From Schizochytrium sp. TIO01 (taxonomy: Eukaryota > Protista > Bigyra: Labyrinthulomycetes), in NCBI GenBank assembly GCA_004764695.1, contig SMSO01000031.1, positions 5,934,761 to 5,998,760 of the forward strand: a DNA stretch of 64,000 nt, written 5' to 3'. Every line of letters starts with the position of its first letter. Positions within the stretch are counted from its first letter, which is position 1. Both the position numbers and the translations under genes were made by a program. The notes below the pieces were generated by a model. The model worked only from the letters and a program-made list of their open reading frames with translations, ran no database searches and was not told where the DNA came from. This document shows, piece by piece, positions 23,201 to 34,241 of this stretch.

Positions 23201-25514
23201 GATCCATTGCTGATACAAATCGAGACACGCGAACAAGAAAAGTAATCTGAACAAAAAAAATCTGCTAAAGCAATTCTAAAAATAAGGAGAGGCGATTGTC
23301 AGAACCTACCTAGGTACGTTAACCGCAATCTTGAAATAGGCACATGAAGCTAGTGCTAGAATCTCGTATTGGCAATCCGGGACACCCATCTCGCTAGACA
23401 ATGTGTCTTGTCAAGAATCTGGAACAAATTTTAGCTGCCTGGTAATTTTTTTCCGCAGAGATGTCGGCCTGATAGCAACAGGCCCTATAGAGGTGTAATA
23501 ACCAGATAAACGTACTGGTACTGCACATCCTTTACAAAAACAATACACATAAATATTCGTAATACATTATTGACCTACATACACGAATCATATTCTCAAC
23601 CTAACAAACGCGCTTACTTTAAATTGCTTCTTTTAATTTTACCAAATCAATGAATCAGAACTTGCAAATCTTTGTGATGTACCCAAATATACATACCACC
23701 CAGGTTATTTGGGGAACCCGACAACCTGCGGCAACCTGCTGTGACAATGGAAAGTTGGTGTGTTGGGGAATATAATCCTATATAGACCAAAGCTAGCTAG
23801 TTTAATTATTCCTGCACGGTCTTTCGTTTATTCTCCTTCACAAGCAGAGCAAAGCTCGTGGAGACAGAATTTGCTTTATGTTGAACCTTCTGCATATTCC
23901 TTTAGTTTCCGAGTTTTGCTTCGTGGATTTCAACATCCAATCTTTGAGAGGAAATCCAAAGGGTCTCGTTGTTATACTTTGATTAACTTTGACTATTTGA
24001 ACCTATCAAATACAACAGAGTTGATTTTGATAAAGCCGTGGTTAAATTGAGAAATGTAAATAAAATCACAAGCTCTCCATTTTTAATTTCAAATCATTAG
24101 CCAAATACCTCTACTTGATAAAGTTCCTTCGCTAATGCGCTTTATCTAAAAATTGATGTGATGTCCAAATGCCACATGTCTCCTATTTTTTTCAATTCCT
24201 CGCATTCATTGGAAGCATGCTAGGTGCCATAATCGAAAAGGAATGCATATTAACTTGGGGAGGTCTGTATGCTTTCAGTTATGCTATTGGGCTTTCTGCA
24301 TTGGAAAATCGCACCTTATGTTGCATGATATGCACAGATTTTTGTTGATGATTAAGGATGATTCATGGCTCAATGCATGAACTGCCATGTTGTATGTACT
24401 TTGCTCGAAGCTAATTTATAATCCAGCGTAAATCATGCTTTTGGTAGAGATGTGAGGCAAATCTTGAAAGAATTAATTCCATAGGTGGTAGATATCCTTT
24501 CCCCGCCAAAGCTCTTGAATTCGCAAATGATTCTAACCAAAAGAAGTTCGTACCTTTCTTGGGCTCTTCTATAATTTTCAAATATTTCAAATATTGTTAT
24601 GTACAAATTTTACCTACTTTCACGAATCTTTTCTAAGGGCCATTTTGCAAAAAACAGTTTTACGATTGTTTCAAGTTCTCGAAGTGAAATTAGAGAGAAA
24701 GAAAGAAAAGAAAAGAAAAGAATATTTATTTGTTTGTATTTATTTAAAATAATAACTTTAATTATCCTCTAGGCCGATGATATCATGATGAAAACAAAAG
24801 AAGATTGAATTCTTACGCGCCACTGACAATCTAGCTAGTCTCAGGTGTAAGAGCAGCTCATTAACCAGGTTTTTAATTCTGGAAGAGTAGTTCACGTCGT
24901 AAATTTCAAAACAGACTGGCGTAGCTGTCATAACTCACCTTCCAGAGTAGTTCTTACTCTTAAATAGAAAGTCTGATGCCCTCAACCACCTGGCTTGTTG
25001 TGTTTGTTTTGCAATCTCTCTTTCTGTTCAACAATAAATCATCAGAGAAAGAAAGCCTTGTCCCTCCTGACTCCGCCTACTAGTGTCTTATAGTAACATC
25101 TAGAGGAAAAGAACAAGAGGAATAAATGAGCGAACAAACGAACGAAGGAACATACTTTGCAAACACATAAAGTCGCACAGAAGACCGACACGACAAATAT
25201 TGTATCCTTGCCGGACACGTAGATCACGGAGGCGAGCTGCTGATCCGAGTAGAACCCCCTTTGCGAATTTAACCCATCCAGAAGCAGAGCAGCAGGGAGA
25301 AAACGCTCCTTCATTTTCTGCAGCGCTCCTCATCCGTTGCTCTATCGTGATTTCTATTTTTGCTTGGGCTTGGCAGAAATCCCGAAACGTAGATAGCTGA
25401 AGAAACGAGATCGAATAGGTTGCGAGACCTAGGCTCGTTTGATTCTCACAGCTTGAGGTACTGTAAAGCAGTTGTAAAGGCTGAACCACCTGATACTGTA
25501 GCAAAACCGACAAC

Positions 25515-26396
25515 ATGCCAAGAAGTGACTCGCCAGCAACGTCTGGCAATAAGAATCCGGTCGCCAACGCCCCCCCGAACTCAGGTACAACTACTCCGCA
25601 GCGTGGTAACAGAGCAAGATCAGCTGGTAGAGGTAAAGATCGTGGCACGACACAAGACCCCAAGAGAACAGCCAACCAGAAAAAAACCGAGTTGACCTCT
25701 CTTAAAGCAAGAATTGGGAAGCTTGCTGCGCTGCTTCGAACATATCTACAAACATCCTTGCTCAGTGACCAATCAGCCAAAGAAGAGGCTATATCATGGC
25801 TAGACTCTATGGCAAAGGCCTTGCCTACATCGCCTGTGCTCTCCAAATCAGATATTGAGAAGCTGCTGAGCGACAAAGCAGCTTTTGAGGCCGAGAAGGC
25901 TGCTTTGTGTGAGCGGAAACCACGAGCATTAGACTGGAAAGACCAAAACCTCCTTGCGAAGTGGATTCATGCCCGTGGACCTCAGCGAACTGTTATAGCT
26001 TTAAAAGCAATGCTTGCGTATCAAAAGCAGCTTGAACAAGGGCTTGGAATTCGCTCGATAGCTAAAACCCAAGCCAGTAGTTCAAGTGGCAAGCAGACTC
26101 CTCAGCAGCAGAACAGGTATCAACAGAGTGCCCCCGTGCAAACACCTACAAAACAACAAATCCAAACGTCGAATAACGTTGAACCTGCATTTGCTTGGTC
26201 TGTGTTTCAGAACTCGCCAGATCCCAAAAGTTTGCCTCGTCCCAGTCGCCTGAGTAAATTTAAAAAAGAGGAGAATTCCGCCGCACTCAGCAAGCTTGGT
26301 GTACCATTCCCACCCCCGCATGTTGCTTCAAAAGCAAAGCGATTGCCTGCCCCTCCCTCTGCTCCTCCGCCAACACGCTGGCTTACCCACGCATAA
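25515..26396 (+). CDS. 293-aa protein with a C-terminal PNRC/Edc1-like motif (putative mRNA decapping coactivator)
   Basis: ATG in caacATG context, helical middle region, motif FAWSVFQNSPDPKSLPRP (26190-26243) and a Pro-rich tail. Confidence 0.7.
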   Translation: MPRSDSPATSGNKNPVANAPPNSGTTTPQRGNRARSAGRGKDRGTTQDPKRTANQKKTELTSLKARIGKLAALLRTYLQTSLLSDQSAKEEAISWLDSMAKALPTSPVLSKSDIEKLLSDKAAFEAEKAALCERKPRALDWKDQNLLAKWIHARGPQRTVIALKAMLAYQKQLEQGLGIRSIAKTQASSSSGKQTPQQQNRYQQSAPVQTPTKQQIQTSNNVEPAFAWSVFQNSPDPKSLPRPSRLSKFKKEENSAALSKLGVPFPPPHVASKAKRLPAPPSAPPPTRWLTHA

Positions 26397-29300
26397 AGTA
26401 GGGTGGATATTCACTACTTTAGTTTAGGCTTGCTCTTTTCCGAGAGTTAGTCTGACTGAATATCCTCGGTGCATTTAAACACCCCTTCTAGTGGGTAGTT
26501 GTTTGCACAGAGTAGCCCTTATTCACCTCTTCTCGAACCTGCTGTATACATAATTACGTGCAACCAGAAATAACATGAGGACTTTCTCAAGAACACCATG
26601 ATTTGACAGAATTTGTATACATATAGCTATCTTGCAAATCTAAATGACTTCAACACTTAGAGAACAATTAGCAATGCATCTTTGGCTTTGGCTTGGGCTT
26701 CCTCACATGTTCTTTATTCCTAGCCCTGTTGGGTTGTTCTTTTAGCACTATTTCTTCACCTAACTAGACAGCAAACACGAGCATAGTGCGTTGTATTCCC
26801 TAAGCAAATAACCAGCGACGTTAACTTTGAAGACCATGCATAAACTGATGTATTGACTTAGAATCGGTCAACTCAACTTCTGAAGCACTCGTTAGTGATC
26901 ATTTGAGGAAAGTAGCTAAATCAAAGACAATGAGATGTTCAGGACAAAATAAAATGCAAGGTGTAGCTGCAATCTAAATTATAAAAATGGTACATATGAA
27001 ACTTACGCTGCTTAATTCCTTTATAGCACGCGTGCATGGAAATGCATTAAACTAGATCAACCTTGGATAGTGGTTGTTCGTTAACACCTTGAAGATATTC
27101 TTCCTAGAAACTTTATACCTGTTAAAGTGAGAGAGAACATATAGAATATTAATTAATAACTGAGGCAATGTGCGATGAAGTAGCCAGAGTCTTCTTTGTC
27201 TAAGAAAGCTTGACGAATTTAAAGCTTCCAACTTGCGTACCACCCATTATAAGAGGTAGGTAATTCATATATCATGAGAAGTATGTTGTGTGAGCTAAGC
27301 GTATCTTTGAACTCATAATAACTCCAAATTCAGTATACTAATTCTTATTTTTTTCTCTCAAAATGTTGTAGATGTTGGACTCTTTGGTCCAACTAGATAT
27401 ATCAAAGTTAGGAGTTTGTTTTTGTTTTCCAAGTCTATTTCATAAAGCTGCCATTCAGACAGTATACACCTGAGGTTATGATACAAAATTAACACCTAGA
27501 AAAAGTATTCATTCATATCAAAAATTAATAGGTAAACAGATGAGCAGATATCTAAGACATCGAAGTGTTATTAAAGGCCAATAGCTTCTAGTAGATTCTA
27601 AACCGGTATGTACAGGTACTTTCATTAGTCTGAATATCACATTTGAGTTCTAATTTCAAATGGTAAGGGTAATCATTAAATACGTGTGGACATGCGACTA
27701 CTTAAAACATTCTCTTGAACTCTTCTAGATGATATTTTATATAGTATGTTAGAGTATGTATAGTAAGTAATATGCTTCTTATCCTAGATGTGTTGAACAC
27801 AACAGAGTGCAGTCTCCAAAGTTGAGCACAGCTAATCATTGATTTGATAAAACAAAAGCGTGAACGAAGTGTACAGATTTGAATTTATTAAAAATTTGCT
27901 TCAATTGCATACATCAAACGAAGGAAGGCCTTTAGAAGGAGGGAAAGAATCGATTCATTGAAACAGACGATTATCATATGTTCTTGCCAAACTCAAAGAT
28001 ATATATTATTTATCAAATTATTTCATCGCTCATATTAATAGAATTGCTTACCTGTACTCAGAGTATCTGATCTACTGTATGCAACTCCCCCCAAAAAAAC
28101 TTCTCTTGAACAGAGAAAGCCCTTACTCAGTACTTACTAAATAGAGTAGACATTTTATCACGAAGTAGCTAAAATAATTTTGCATGTTGGCTGTTTGTCT
28201 TTCTCAGTTCCTAAGAATTCTATCCTAGCTGATTAAAAAAATTTGCAGCAAAGCTTTAACGTCCGACGGTGAACCCATATTTGAAACCAACCAAAAAGAT
28301 CTTTAATACAATCAATATATAAACGTAAATATTATAAAATAATACATAAAACTTTAAATTAGTACAAATATAATTATAATAATACAAAATTATAAATATT
28401 TTGAAACTTTATATATATATTTTTAGAAAATTTCATTTAAATTGTAAATTTTATATTGATTTTGTTTATTTTATATAAATTTACCATTTTTTGGTATAAT
28501 TAATGAAGTATTATCAGTTTATTTAGAAAATCTTGGTAAGTATACTTCAAGTAGTAGTAGTAGTAAGTGACTTACTTAACTAACCCACAAAAAATAGATA
28601 GCCTCAATTAAGGGCCTCCTGAGGACACTTGTATCTTTCTTGCCTTGACTTGCCAAGAAGCTTCATACTAACTAAAGAAATAACCTACGTTGCGCAAAAA
28701 TAATGCAGATCTTCGCAAAAGCTTTACAGGTGATTTTAGAAAATATAACTCAAAATTTTATGTTGCTTGAGATCAATTAATTTAATTAGCAAATAATTAT
28801 GTTTTTGTTATTGCAGAAATGCTTCTCGGCAGCTTTGCCAGGCGCTAGTTAAGTTTTTAAAAAGTCGCATTCTCTTGCTCATTCATAAAATGAATTCTGA
28901 ATTTCATAACCCGTTATTTCTGAGAACTATTTCTCTGGAGTTTGAAAAATGAAAGCCGGTAAGTAAATCTTTCCTTCCTTGCAACTGAGCCTCCCTCCAA
29001 TCAACAAACAAGGTTCAGTCAAGACATACTTTTATAAAATCCCAAATGAATCAAGTTATTTTGTGCGCATGAAAAGGCAACATATCTGAAGTGATAGTGC
29101 ACACGTCACTATCTTAAAGACATCTGAACTATCTGCAATGTGAAATGCATAAAAAGGCTGTTGTACACCCGCACTCTCAAATGAAGTTTCCAATTTCGAT
29201 TTTGGAATAAACGAATGTCTGCATTTAATTAAGGAGACTGTCGATTGAATCACGTCACACACAGGTTTCGCCAATATATTAATTTGCCTGATGTATATAC

Positions 29301-29401
29301 ATACAATTAAATTAGATTCTACCTGAGGAAGGCATAAGAAGAAAAAAGCAATCATCATTACAAACAACACCTCACAAATATTTTGAATGAATATTTTTAG
29401 A

Positions 29402-32400
29402 CTACTGAACAATGAGATATTGAAGAATAGGTGCATACTTGACGCGCAGGTCCTTGGGGGAAACATCATTAGACTCAATAGTAGTAAGAGCCTGGCAGTA
29501 CTCAACAATGATTTGTTGAGGACATGAATTGTTTGTCAGTCCTGGAAGGACATTATCCACGAAATGCCGAAGCCATGTTTGACCAAGGCGACGCGCCATG
29601 TTTGCATGAAATTTGCAGATGGAGTCAACGAGAGCAACACTGTCGTAGTCGTCCATAGAGAACCCAGGCAAGGTTGTAGCTCGGAGAGTTGCGGGAGTCG
29701 CATGGTTCATCAGAAAGTGAGCGTAGAGTTCTCGTGCTTGGGTTTGAAGCCCAGGACGGGTCTCCGGTACAAGCCAAATATCAGTAAGCTTGTTCATGAC
29801 GCTGCATGCAATCTTCTGTGAACTATTAGCATCTGGGAAGGTAGCAAGGGCATCAGAAATAAGCATGAGCACTTGTTCTGCGTGCGGGGCATTCGTTTGA
29901 GAAAAGAATACCATATCTAGGTCATTGGTGGCCACAGCACGAAAAAAATGCAAGAGTGCGCGTTTGACAGCACGGTATTCCTGCTGTGCGCTTGTAAGTG
30001 CAGGGGTTGCGCCGGGCGCAGAGCCGCTCACACCTGCAGGCGAGATACGTCCTCCTTGAGACGGGTCTGCAGGTGAGGTTGGGGTAGTAGCTCGGTTGTC
30101 ATCAGCGAAGGGGTTAGGTACTCTTGCCATGGTTGATGTGATGTGCTGAATCACTGGTAAGAAAATAGGATCAAGCGCATCGTACATACGCCCCTTGTAT
30201 GTTGGGATGAGCTGATTGATAAATTGCATGGCTTGCAGCAAGTGGTCCAAGTTATCGCTTTGCTGAAGGAGACGAAGGCCAATGCCAGGCGCAAAGTGAA
30301 TCGCCTTTTCACCCATGATGCGAAGAGCACAATGCAGCATGGTCATTAAACGACTACGAACTCGGGAACTCTGCGACAAGGCACCTAATGCGCGAAGTGA
30401 GGTTTCCAAATTCGATTCGTAAAGTTTCTGAAGCGACTCAGAGAGAACTTCAATCTCAGGTAGACCCTTAGAGAGAACACCCATGGCGTGAATACATTCA
30501 CCAGCCCAAGCTCCAAGAACCTTGCGCTTTTTCTCTTGTTCTTCGTTCATGGGCGGGCCCGATGCTTCGACATTTTGGACGATTTCATCAACTTTGTTAC
30601 GAAGAGGGCTCATGACGCGACCGAGATTTTCGATTGTTGTCATGGGCCGGTCAGGCCTATGCATCGCCCCAATGAGTACACTCGCAAGTTCGTACAGATA
30701 TGCCATATCCTCAACAGCGTAGAGCACTTCGTTCCCGCTAGAGCCCAACCCATTGCTGGCCCGAGAGATGTCTGCTGCATGGCCGAGTGTTCCACCTGGC
30801 CCTGCACCTGCGTGTAGAGTCTCAGCTTCTTCACGTTCTACATCGGCACGTACTGCTTCCGAGGTAATGCTTAGCTTAGGTTGCAAAACTTCAAAAAGGT
30901 CAGCTGCAAATGGTTGAAGAATCTGAGTACCAATGCCCTTTACGACTCGGAGAAGCATATAGCAAGATCGAGAACGCACGCGCATACTCTTGTGGCAAAT
31001 CCCACCTTCAGCAACGAGTGATTTGAGCACTGTAAGTAGAAGATCTTGGTGTCGATCAACTAGCATCGAAACGTAACGAGTTGAAACCTCATTGTAGAAA
31101 AGTACAACATCGTTGTTAGAGTGATTCCACAGGCCGCAACGAAGCATCTGCGCGATGATTTCGGTAAAAGCTGCACGGGCAGCAGCTCGGCGCTCGTCTT
31201 CTTCGCGAGCCTTCGCTTCATCATTTTTAAGTGTACCGTCTGGGTTAATGGCCACACCATTCTCAGCATTGCTGGGGTTCACTGGTTCGAAAATACCGTT
31301 TCTAAGTTGGTTCTGTCGCTGTTTTTTGCTCTTGGTGGAGAACTGTGCGTTGCCAAGTTTTGCCATATCGAGCAGAGTTCGGTTTGCAGATGAAACAACT
31401 CCACTCGGAGCTCCCTCTCCAAAAGCATACAGCAAAGACAAAGTGACCTCAACTTCTTGAGGGGGGCGGGCTTCTGGTTGACCTGGTTTCATTGTGAAAC
31501 CTACAAGGTCGCGTAAAAAGGGAAGAGTAACTTCAAGCATGGCAACTTTGGTGATTTGCACAAAAATTTTACGCATCTCATTGCGGTGGTGCTCAAAGTC
31601 GATCTCATCCTCGTTTGTTGGCACGAAGCCATAATCCTCAGGAATCACCATGTTGCTAGCAACAACATTCAGGATTTCCGGCATCATAGCTCTTGCAAGC
31701 TGTTCCAGCTCCGAGTCAACTTTGGGTTCAGATTTAGGGTAACGAACAGCTTTGTAGTTGGCCTTCTGGTCGAGGTTCACCTCGTTAGCTTCTCGCGCAA
31801 TGCTAATGAGTTTCATAATTGATGGCACGATTGCAACTTGGGCATCCTCATCTTCATGCATTAAGCACTCACGGACAGCCAAAGGCATAATGCGATTGCG
31901 GAGTTCATCCAAGATAAATGAGTGTACCTGCGCACAACTTCCATCATCTGGCAAAGATGCGCGAGCCTCTAGAAGACGCAAGGCAATTTCGTTGACCAGG
32001 ACCGATACGTTCTCGCGAAAACCCCAGCCTTGATCTTCGTCATCATCGTCGTCGTCATCACGGTTGGATCGATCCGTCGCAGATCCAAGTTGAGGTTGTT
32101 TATTATTTGGATTAGCGACATTGTCCACGTCACAAACTCGCTTCAAGGCACTGCCGAGGTCTAGATTGCGAATAAGGGCGACTTTTTGCTCTGATTCCAT
32201 GCCTTTACAAAGAATGGCGGTAAACACCTTCAAGGCGTGCACACGCAGACTTGGTGAGCTGAGGAATTCATAAAGTGGTGGCATGAAGCGGTCGTTCACA
32301 ATGAGCCCAATATCGATCCAGCCCACGTATTCTTCGATGACTGAAAGGCACTCTTGCACCAAAGGTGTGTCGGAAGTATGAAAGTTGATGAGGACTTGAA

Positions 32401-32995
32401 GCCAGAACTCACATATATTGTTCAGGACCTCCACGCGCATAGTGTCCTTAATAAGAGTATTTTGCTGGACTTCTTCCTGGGACCGCGACTGCCGATATTC
32501 AACAATTTCCTGCGTCACAAAGTGAAGAACTCGAAGGAAGAGTTCCGCATTGTCACGGCTTTGTGAAGCAAGTGGAAGTAACCACGAAAAGGCATTAGGC
32601 CACCTTTCAGGGTATTCCCGTTTTACTAAGAGAGCGAGGCAAAGACCTACCTTGTTACGAAAGTGGCGAGGTACCTGGGCATACTGATTGACCCAGCCAG
32701 TCACGGTAGCACGAAGGGCAGCGCGGTCTTCATCAGAGAGGAAGTAGCTGGCGGCGTCACGTTCTAGCGTGGATGAAACACGCGAGAGGCCATAAAACCT
32801 GGCGTACTCGTTGGATGACTTTGAAAACAGCTCAATTCCAAACTTCCACACGTCTGGGCTTTGCTCAAACTCGTGCAAGAACTGCGTCACACGTTCTTTT
32901 AGCTGAAGCCTTTCCGGTGGGCTTTCGATACCAACATTGGAGAGCTCCACACTCAGCGAAATAGCTTGCTCAATTTCTGCCAGACGTTCCTCCAT
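29402..32995 (-). CDS. XPOT: Exportin-T (tRNA exportin, XPOT/Los1/PAUSED family), about 1197 aa
   Basis: Importin-beta/Xpo1-type N-terminus (RNKVGLCLALLVKREYPERWPNAF, NTLIKDTMR, YVGWIDIGLIVN) and the downstream segments EVEVTLSLLYAFGE and RVRSRSCYMLLRVVK, typical of exportin-T. First ATG at 32995 (aaaATGg). Confidence 0.9.
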   Translation of the reverse strand: MEERLAEIEQAISLSVELSNVGIESPPERLQLKERVTQFLHEFEQSPDVWKFGIELFSKSSNEYARFYGLSRVSSTLERDAASYFLSDEDRAALRATVTGWVNQYAQVPRHFRNKVGLCLALLVKREYPERWPNAFSWLLPLASQSRDNAELFLRVLHFVTQEIVEYRQSRSQEEVQQNTLIKDTMRVEVLNNICEFWLQVLINFHTSDTPLVQECLSVIEEYVGWIDIGLIVNDRFMPPLYEFLSSPSLRVHALKVFTAILCKGMESEQKVALIRNLDLGSALKRVCDVDNVANPNNKQPQLGSATDRSNRDDDDDDDEDQGWGFRENVSVLVNEIALRLLEARASLPDDGSCAQVHSFILDELRNRIMPLAVRECLMHEDEDAQVAIVPSIMKLISIAREANEVNLDQKANYKAVRYPKSEPKVDSELEQLARAMMPEILNVVASNMVIPEDYGFVPTNEDEIDFEHHRNEMRKIFVQITKVAMLEVTLPFLRDLVGFTMKPGQPEARPPQEVEVTLSLLYAFGEGAPSGVVSSANRTLLDMAKLGNAQFSTKSKKQRQNQLRNGIFEPVNPSNAENGVAINPDGTLKNDEAKAREEDERRAAARAAFTEIIAQMLRCGLWNHSNNDVVLFYNEVSTRYVSMLVDRHQDLLLTVLKSLVAEGGICHKSMRVRSRSCYMLLRVVKGIGTQILQPFAADLFEVLQPKLSITSEAVRADVEREEAETLHAGAGPGGTLGHAADISRASNGLGSSGNEVLYAVEDMAYLYELASVLIGAMHRPDRPMTTIENLGRVMSPLRNKVDEIVQNVEASGPPMNEEQEKKRKVLGAWAGECIHAMGVLSKGLPEIEVLSESLQKLYESNLETSLRALGALSQSSRVRSRLMTMLHCALRIMGEKAIHFAPGIGLRLLQQSDNLDHLLQAMQFINQLIPTYKGRMYDALDPIFLPVIQHITSTMARVPNPFADDNRATTPTSPADPSQGGRISPAGVSGSAPGATPALTSAQQEYRAVKRALLHFFRAVATNDLDMVFFSQTNAPHAEQVLMLISDALATFPDANSSQKIACSVMNKLTDIWLVPETRPGLQTQARELYAHFLMNHATPATLRATTLPGFSMDDYDSVALVDSICKFHANMARRLGQTWLRHFVDNVLPGLTNNSCPQQIIVEYCQALTTIESNDVSPKDLRVKYAPILQYLIVQ

Positions 32996-33096
32996 TTTAA
33001 TATCCGCGGCTGATAGTGGTGTATATAGGTGACACACAGGGCACCTCAATTCTCGAAAAAAGTGCTAATTGTTTCTATTTAATAAAACTCGTTGAT

Positions 33097-33545
33097 CTGT
33101 GCTTTGATTTGCTTTGCTCTGCTCAGTAATGCAAAGCAAAGCAAAGTGAAGAGGGAGGGATTGCGAGTAAAAAAAAAATATCACAGGACAGCTAAGAGGA
33201 CAAGGAACAATTCACACTCGTCTGTCTGCCACCCAAGAATTAGAGGAGGCAAGGCTTATATTTCCTACGAGATTTACTGTGTAATCTCCGTGTACCTCGT
33301 CGAGATTGTTCTTGTAATTCCAGTGGTTTGTGGTTATCGATGGTGTAGTTTTCCTGATGGCTCCACGATGAGGTAGCAATGGAGAGAAGGATTCCGTCCT
33401 CTCCTCTCCTGACTTTCTTTCACCTACTTCTTTACTTCTAATTCACCCCTTGTTTCCAAATAGTTTGAATGAGCTAATCGAGGTGAGGTGAGGTGGTTCT
33501 GTTTGTTCACTCGTATGTTGTTTCTGCTCTGCCCTGAGTACTTAC
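33097..33545 (-). other. Candidate 5'-UTR intron of exportin-T
   Basis: Minus-strand GTAAGT donor at 33545 and an A-rich ...AAAGCACAG acceptor at 33097, about 100 nt upstream of the ATG; the acceptor choice is uncertain. Confidence 0.4.
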
Positions 33546-33917
33546 AGCAACCTTGGCTTGCTGTCTTCCCTGGTGATGATGATGCTTACTTCGCCAGTGC
33601 CAATGTTCCCCTTTCTCTCACTCCCCAATGCCTTCGACTCGACTGTCCCTCTTGAAGGTGAGGGCTTTGGTCTCGTACTCAGAGAGTAAGAGAGAGGGTG
33701 AGTACTTAGTGCCTCAGCAGGCAGAAGAGGGCTTGCTTGCTTGTTGCTCGCTTGCTTGCTTGCTACAAGTTGCTTGCTTGCCACAAGTTGTTGCTGCAAG
33801 TTGCTTGCAAGTCTGTGCTACTATCTGATTGGCGGCCTGCTCTTCTCCTCTCTTTCCCTTGTCTCTTGCACCTCTAGGCGCCACCTACCTACTCGTACTA
33901 ATCCCTTTCTTTCCATT

Positions 33918-33964
33918 TTCTTCTCTTTCTTCTCTTTCTTCTCTTTCTTCTCTTTCTTCTTCTT
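33918..33964. repeat. (TTCTCTTTC)n pyrimidine 9-mer tandem repeat
   Basis: About 5 consecutive units visible. Confidence 0.8.
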
Positions 33965-34034
33965 TGTAATCATGTTATTGTCTCGTTATTTTCAGTGTTT
34001 TTATAATAGGTTATTATGCCTATGTATGTGTTTA

Positions 34035-34241
34035 TGTTTGTTTGTTTGTTTGTTTGTTTGTTTGTTTGTTTGTTTGTTTGTTTGTTTGTTTGTTTGTTTG
34101 TTTGTTTGTTTGTTTGTTTGTTTGTTTGTTTGTTTGTTTGTTTGTTTGTTTGTTTGTTTGTTTGTTTGTTTGTTTGTTTGTTTGTTTGTTTGTTTGTTTG
34201 TTTGTTTGTTTGTTTGTTTGTTTGTTTGTTTGTTTGTTTGT
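34035..34241. repeat. Perfect (GTTT)n microsatellite, about 51 units
   Basis: Directly visible; produces the spurious FVCL/KQTN ORFs. Confidence 0.98.

Noticed and set aside
25100-25876. 258-aa minus-strand ORF
   Set aside because: Largely antisense to the 25515-26396 gene; no domain features
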